Translations under genes and position numbers: made by a program | The notes under the pieces: model-generated | What the model was told of the DNA's origin: nothing | The model's input: the letters and a program-made list of their open reading frames with translations, nothing else | The model's database searches: none | Shown: piece by piece, positions 57,701 through 64,000 of the stretch | Layout: every line of letters starts with the position of its first letter | How positions within the stretch are numbered: position 1 is the first letter of the stretch | Assembly (NCBI GenBank): GCA_965203295.1 | Contig: CBDBCZ010000017.1 | Location: 1,984,001-2,048,000 of the forward strand | Reading direction: 5' to 3' | Source of the DNA: Nitrospirales bacterium | GTDB lineage: Bacteria > Nitrospirota > Nitrospiria > Nitrospirales > UBA8639 | Length of the DNA: 64,000 nucleotides

Positions 57701-60700
57701 CAAAGATATATTCTATTCCCATAATTGTCCCCCCAGACACGTGGTCCTAGGACAGCTGGGCCTACGACCACATGTCCCCACCCTGGACCAGCTGTCCCCC
57801 CACATTTAGTTTTTATCATATCACCTGATGTTTTACGGGGACATGCTGTCTGTGACACCAGTCCTAGACTATAGTGTTCACTGTTTGTTCCAGTGCGTGA
57901 CCATGCATGTACCTCTTGTTTACACAGCAGCTTCAGTCAGTATGTTGGAATGATACAGAGTATTAAAATCCACTAAGGCAGCAGCTGTTATCTACTGCTG
58001 AAATTTTAGGGTGCACTGTGTACATGTACATAGGTAGCTACCGTTGGTGGGAAACCTGATAACTTTACATTCAGGAGCTGAGGGATAGATAGTTTTCCCT
58101 TCTGAATGGCTCAGTTCCAGAATGGTTTGCATGACTGCTTCACATGGTATTAGAGGGGAGCTATAAGCCAGCCTGTACTTGTGTGTTCAGCCCTAATAGT
58201 ATTTCTCTGCACGTTAGAAGCATGTATGTTGCTGCCTTTGCAGATCCTAAAGATGAAATGAAGAAAGGTGTCCCTGATTGTCCCAACAAAAGCAACCCCT
58301 ATCATGAGTGTACTGAATACTGTGTCACCAGATGGGGAAGTAAGAATGTTAAGGTACAGATTTTTCACTATTGCATATCGAAGGCAAGTATTGTGTGATT
58401 AAGTAATAAGGTAATTTCGTACATTGCACATTCAGTTTTTGAGATATTGTGTTGAATATTATTACGTGAGAACAGCTCAGTCCTAGTCTTCGCAATTCTA
58501 AATTTGAAGCAACTGGTTGGGTTGGAATCGAGAGAAAAAATAATTGGGGCGAGCCGGAGCAAGCCCCAATCCTAGTAAACCGAATTTCAATTTCTGTGCA
58601 TCTGTGCATTTGTACGTGTTGCATGGTCCATATGCTCAAATTATTTTAACGTTAAACCTTACGCGTGTCAGGAGTGTAATATTTTCGAGCGGCCGACCGC
58701 GCACGCTTAGTCGTACCATAGATAGTAGAGTCCATGTACGGGATTGGAAACGCGGTGTACTTCCGGTACCAAGCGTGCTTTGCATGACGTATTGTGTAAC
58801 TGTATCAACCTATCTCTGCCAAGTAGTATACAAACCTTAATGATTTTTAACCTGCACTCAATTGTTTTACATGTACAACCACTATAATATTTGAGCACTG
58901 CTGTTAATTGACAACTACGGTCACCAAGCATATCTATACCATGCTCCGGCTCGCTCCCTCAGTGATCTTCATTATATTTTTAGCATGTCTGTAGCTTTAC
59001 AAGGAGTCAAAATTACTGATCTGTAGTTATGAGGAGATTCTGCAGGTTGAATGAGAGCCTGGGATAGAACCCAACAAACTAAACGGTTACACAATACATA
59101 AACCTCACCAGCTTTTGATCTTTAATTACGTGTAAGTGCTTGTAACTTTTGGACTCTAGGTTTGTGTGATTGGTTGTATGTAGTGAACCAGTCTGATGAT
59201 TATGTGGAATGTACATTATATTATGTAATCATTTCTCCCCTAATTAGAGTGCTTCCAAGGAAGTATTGGTGCTACCACCAAACTGGAAAAAAGTAAACGA
59301 TGAAAAGACGTAAGTTTGCCAAAACCTAAACATTACAAGTGCATGTAGATGCATGTGTGATGGCATAATTAATATTCCTGCACACCACATCAATACAGCG
59401 ACAGCGAAAATTTGTTCCAAACTGTCCATCCATGCCGAAGGGGAATCGGGTGGCCTATACCCATTGCAGATCAACATCTTTCTCCTCCTAATCCTTGCCT
59501 CTAACCATAATGCCTCAATATCCCGATCTGGATAGTTATGTGTATGGCCTGGATTGTTAAGACTATGGTTGTTGGTTAGGCGCATGATAAGGCGATGCAC
59601 CATAGCAAAGTGTGGTGAAAAGGGCATGCAAATGGCCATGTGTCTTTCAGTCACAGTTATAACCCATGCAGTGTTTGACCATAACATGAATGAAGCTTCA
59701 CATTGTCTAAGAGTGGCTTGTTCTCCATTGAGCAGTACAACTGAGATGGTACGAGAGCACTTCCTGATAGAAATTATTTCTCCTTGTGCTTTGAACGACT
59801 GTGTAATTACATTTACTTAAATGCTGCCTGATTACCTCCTTTGTTTCTAATCCCACCTGTAGTTACACCCCTGTTTTGTGTTGTCTCATGGTTCGTGTAT
59901 TAATTGGGAGCCATGTGGCAGCTGCAAGAAAAAGTCAGGTCCGGGATAGCTACATAAAAATAATCTTGAAGGCAAAAAAGGGTAACTTGGGAATGCATTG
60001 ACTCAGGCTGACCACCACATTGGCCTAATGTGCCATGCGTGACACAGTCTACATTCTCTAATGATGAAACATACCTTTTGGAATAGTGAGCCTCACTATT
60101 CCAAAAGGTACCATTGAGGCATTGAGGCAGAGGAGGCAGTTGCTTCCGGGAAGCAACTGCCTCCTCTGCCTCAATGGTATGTAGTTATAGAGTAGGGTGT
60201 ATTATTACCGTGCGTATGCGCAAGCGGGGTTAAGTAATCGGTTTTGTCCGTCTGTCGTCGTCGTCGTCGTCGTTGTTGTCTGTCATAAATTTTTTTGAAA
60301 AATCTCTCAAACGGGCGATTTAGAGGCTATAACGACGGAACAGAAGGTTAATGCTGAAATCCGTGATACACTAGCCTGTCTGTACCTGATATAGTAGAAA
60401 GCCGTTTTATTCTTGGCATTTCCACGCTGTTTCTGATTATCGGTGTGTTCCACCATTTTTTTAATACGGCAAGTGGTCACGCCTTTTTTAATACGGCAGT
60501 TGGTCACGCCTACAGTTTGAGTCTTTTATTCAACATGGAGGATACTGGAGTATACGAAGAGAAACACATTTATCATTACTACGGCGATCAGCCACGCCTA
60601 CAGCTCGTATATGGTATTACAGTCTGCAGGGTCCAGGAGCGCGGGGTATGTCTCTGCTAGAGACGTCTAGTTGGGTAGTTAATGCAGCTGCAAAAATGTG

Positions 60701-62924
60701 ATAGATGTACATGCAGAAGTTTATATAAGTAGTGTAGTTTAATGCTGGACAATATTGTGCATTGTTCAACAGTGTGGGGTTGCTCAGGCTCACACCAATT
60801 GATTTGCAACATCAGTATAGAACCCATGTACATGTACAATTGATTCTGAATCAGTAGTGATAGCACTGCTTTTTAATTTTTTTTAGGAATTACCCATACT
60901 TCTGGAACACCAAGACTGGTGAAGTTTCTTGGTACCCTCCCCCTGGAAGTACGTTGCTATGTATCATGTAGTTTAATGCATGTACAAGGCATAGTGTATT
61001 CCCTTCTTGAGAACTGTACAGGTTCCATATTTGTTTACTAATGTTCGTGTACATGTACATGTATGTAGCTACAGCACATGATGGAGGAAAGAAGGATACG
61101 AAACCGGTATGAACAATTTGTGTGTATACTATGCTTGCAGTTTCTTCTCACTGAACCTCCCTAAATGTACTTCCCACCAGTTGTCAGTGGGAGATGTGGA
61201 GGTGTGGGAGAGTAAACCGGCTTTGATTGAGAAACCTAAAAAGGAGAAACCGAGGCATGCACCTTACCCTAAACCAGAGAGAAAGCAAAGTGAGTCCTGT
61301 GAAATTACTGTAAGCTGTTTTCTTCACACCATATTCCTAGCTCATTTACCATTGCGTAAAAGCAGTGATTGGTTGGGCGAGCGTGAGCGAGCCCCACACT
61401 AGTGTGTTCAATTGAGAATTTGTTTGTGCGTACGTGCGTGCGTGCGTGTGTACGCACATACCGCATATCGTCTCCGAGTTTCAATATCCAGAAGAGCTGC
61501 TGAGGGTGCGTCGCCGCTAACGTACGCATGGGCTAATACCTCGCTCACGCTCGCCCCACAGTGCTTTGCATTCACCTAGTTTACAGGTGTGCATAAGAAC
61601 CTGATATCATGTAGGTGTCCATCTGTTACTTGGCTCTGGAGTTATGGCCTGTTTTCAGACTTATACCACATTACATCATCTACAATAAAAATGATTGGCT
61701 AATAAGTATGGGTTACATAGTTTCATAACCCACACTTTTATCAGTTCACTACGTTGCTACGCAGCGAAGATTGTACGCATGCGCAACGTGGTATAAGTCA
61801 GATAGACCACACCCACTCGTGTGTTATGCGCTATAGCCCACTTGTTTTCATTTATCCCTCGGCTTCGCCTCGGGATAACCGCAAACTCGTGGGTTACATA
61901 GGCGCATAACCCACTCTTTGGTGTAGTCTATCCTATACATATACACTTGGACAGTACTTCTGTCTGGATGGTAGAGATACACTGTAGCAGTCGTCTGTAG
62001 TCATGCATGCTGTGGAGATGAGACATTATTTCAGAGTGGTACAGCATGGTCCTATGGACGTTCTATTACCTCTTGTGACAGTGTTGGCAGCTGACCAACG
62101 ATTCTGTATGTAATTGTGGTTTAGCTCCAGAGTGAAGTACTGAATGAGCACCGACGTAACTCACAGTGCGATTGAGCCATAGTAGTGATAGGTCTCACCC
62201 ATTTCTGAAAATTTGGTACGATGACTTAACCCCTACCGGTATGTGTATACGTGTAATTCACATTATGTTGTAGCTATAAATTAATTTGACATTATATTTG
62301 TGTTTATTAGGGCCGAAACGAAAGGATGCCGATGATTTGGATCCAATGGATCCAGCTGCTTACTCAGATACACCCAGGTTAGAAAAACATCTCATCTCTC
62401 CCCCTGACCCTCTCCAGCATTTCTCGCACCATGTGCTACGCATTGCACGCTCGGACATGTCAATTTGAGGCACTGTGGTAGAGCAACGTGAATCGAATCC
62501 ACTATTTCATGAATTGGTTGTAGGAATACACAGCTGTACAGATAAAATATTCAACAATGTAATGCCCTCACATTTACTACATAGCTTGTCTCTGCTGTTT
62601 AGGAAACCCCTTGGCTCTTCTGTCCTGGAGTGGCTGTTTGCTGAAACTAGGCATTGTTTCCCCCAAAATTATGAACTAGCAGCAGAATCTTTTCTTACAA
62701 AAATGAACATTGTTTTTCAGTCTTGTAATCTAATGACCACCTTTTCTTGTAATCTTTTTTTTACATGTAGAGGCTCATGGTCTACAGGGTTAGAAAAACG
62801 TGGTGAGGCCAAGACTGGAGTTGATACCACTGCCAATGGTCCTCTCTTCCAAATGAGACCATATCCTAGTCCAGGAGACATTCTTAGAGCAAACAAGAAA
62901 CTTGAAGAAGCACCAAGTAGCTAA
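54720..62924 (+). CDS. PQBP1: Polyglutamine-binding protein 1; 8 exons, 218 aa (whole-gene span)
   Basis: Exons 54720-54780, 58244-58353, 59248-59309, 60887-60948, 61075-61106, 61181-61289, 62311-62377, 62771-62924 total 657 nt, phase-consistent. N-terminus [17 protein letters not shown] domain [32 protein letters not shown]-terminal [21 protein letters not shown]...[23 protein letters not shown]. Confidence 0.92.
55562..55865 (-). repeat. Unclassified interspersed hairpin element (copy 2)
   Basis: Shares gcacatgcgcagtagtgggataagtcag and internal ggaggatat/atatcctcc inverted repeats with 9759-10039. Confidence 0.8.
56226..56977. mobile_element. Non-autonomous TGT...ACA element with tgtcccc subterminal repeats (Ginger-like termini), probably nested in a second element ending at 57857
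   Basis: ACGG|TGTAATAGTGCAGCATGGCCCC ... GGGGAACATCCTGCACTCCGACA|ATGG (4-bp TSD, 1 mismatch). Confidence 0.6.
58244..58353 (+). CDS. PQBP1: PQBP1 exon 2 (CPNxxNPYHxCxxYC motif)
   Basis: [37 protein letters not shown] |gtacag. Confidence 0.85.
59248..59309 (+). CDS. PQBP1: PQBP1 exon 3 (WW first half)
   Basis: [22 protein letters not shown]|gtaagt. Confidence 0.85.
59395..59560 (-). mobile_element. LINE APE-endonuclease fragment
   Basis: [27 protein letters not shown], the typical E.LW.E...YRPP endonuclease motif. Confidence 0.6.
60072..60176. repeat. Two adjacent perfect palindromes (19-bp and 28-bp arms, 1-nt loops)
   Basis: taccttttggaatagtgag-c-ctcactattccaaaaggta and cattgaggcagaggaggcagttgcttcc-g-ggaagcaactgcctcctctgcctcaatg. 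Confidence 0.95.
60202..60672 (+). mobile_element. Helentron/DINE-1-like non-autonomous element (partial copy at 24285-24557; 5' fragment at 26474-26531)
   Basis: 5' ttattaccg..gcggggt, a (GTC)n/GTCT microsatellite, tandem ttaatacggcagttggtcacgcc, 3' gcggggtat + hairpin gtctctgctagagac + ctagtt. Confidence 0.6.
60887..60948 (+). CDS. PQBP1: PQBP1 exon 4 (WW second half)
   Basis: [21 protein letters not shown]|gtacgt. Confidence 0.88.
61075..61106 (+). CDS. PQBP1: PQBP1 exon 5 (32 nt)
   Basis: ctacag| [11 protein letters not shown] |gtatga; converts phase 1 to phase 0 for the next acceptor. Confidence 0.65.
61181..61289 (+). CDS. PQBP1: PQBP1 exon 6
   Basis: [37 protein letters not shown]|gtgagt. 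Confidence 0.82.
61373..61581 (+). mobile_element. DINE/HINE-like short element (related structure at 58543-58975)
   Basis: gggcgagcgtgagcgag ... (GTGC)n ... ctcgctcacgctcgccc sub-terminal inverted repeats; ends ctagtt. Confidence 0.55.
62311..62377 (+). CDS. PQBP1: PQBP1 exon 7
   Basis: [24 protein letters not shown]|gttaga. Confidence 0.93.
62771..62924 (+). CDS. PQBP1: PQBP1 exon 8 (terminal, YxxPxxxL U5-15kD-binding motif)
   Basis: [53 protein letters not shown]. Confidence 0.94.
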
Positions 62925-64000
62925 CATTATACTGACCTTTGCTGTCTCTCATTTCTGTGCTCATATAGCTGTAGCAGTGCAGGTTCAATGAGTGAAAAGT
63001 ACTGCAGTTATCACTGATGTGTCTGACATGTTTCAACAGATGTGCAGTGATTGAGACAGCAATCATTGTTGAAGTGGACAGAAATGGTCCCTTTTCTCAC
63101 TGTGGTCTCTTTAATGTCCGTTCAAGATTTATAGCACTCCACCCTCAGCTAGCGCATAATTTGATTCTGTGCTTCAGCTTATGCTTCTAAAATCAATTAC
63201 AGTGGATTCCCCCCTGGACTTTAGTGGTAGCTCATTACTATTATGATGAAATCGGGTGCATAAACTTACTGTATATACTGCAGCATTGATCGGGTATCTC
63301 TCAACATAGCTCTATTTATAACCAAGATGTTTATTGCATGTGCCGTAAACAATTAATTCTGCTTCCTCTGACGTGGTGCTTGGGGAAGAAATATACACTA
63401 ATAATACTAGCTCAAAATGAATGTTCCTTTAGTATAAACTGCCCTGCCCAAATGGATTCTTTTTATGGAGTGGCATTGGTCTGCTAGTATGTGGATGTGT
63501 TAGGGGAAGGGTTAGGATAGGGTAGGGTCAACTGTTGCGTTTAGAGCTAGCAACTTAGCTTCATTCCCAGGCCCGCGCCATTTTCGGTTACACTAGAAAT
63601 CACGGGCCTGGGAATGAGGAGCAACTATCATTCTCAGATACAAAGGAAGCTAGAGTTTAATAATATTATAGAATGCCAAATGATTGAGAACAATGATCCC
63701 CTTCCAATCAAAATTCTTCATAATTAATGACCAGAGAACTACATGTACCTGTTATTCCCTAAAGCGGCATTACCAGAATCAGACTCTATAAATGTCGTTA
63801 CTGATCATGATACGGCCGCTCATCTTAGCCAGTATCAGCATCTTTTGTGGGTGTATAATGTTAGTGATACCGACAACACCAACATACTGGCAGCTCCACC
63901 CTTCAATCATTACGATCGCGTCGTTATATAGAACTACATGTAGGGGACGTATAAACATGGCGGTTTAGTTACCACTATGGAGAACCAGGGCCGTGTAATG

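Overview
Eukaryotic, intron-rich, transposon-dense animal DNA; the gene and repeat content suggests a non-bilaterian such as a demosponge (inference only). I reconstructed four complete protein-coding genes by hand from GT-AG junctions and codon phase. They form two head-to-head pairs. Pair 1: an intronless NAE1/APPBP1 (7805-9406, -) and a 16-exon KIFC3-like kinesin-14 (9544-38344, +, ~826 aa) that carries a tandemly duplicated coiled-coil exon. Pair 2: an 8-exon, signal-peptide-less glycosylasparaginase-like Ntn-hydrolase (42873-54439, -, 299 aa, including a 16-nt microexon) and an 8-exon PQBP1 (54720-62924, +, 218 aa). The introns are packed with mobile DNA. The most notable element is a decayed Ginger1-type transposase gene (Gypsy-like integrase + GPY module + Ulp1/C48 protease) with 7 spliceosomal introns of its own, antisense in kinesin intron 5. 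Others are an IS630/Tc1-like remnant, LINE fragments, and several non-autonomous families (TA, TTAA, 9-bp and 4-bp TSD types, plus Helentron/DINE-like). Recurring perfect palindromes with 0-1 nt loops and strong TACATGTA enrichment are also present. No rRNA, tRNA or CRISPR seen. Most short ORFs in the supplied track are spurious or partial exons.
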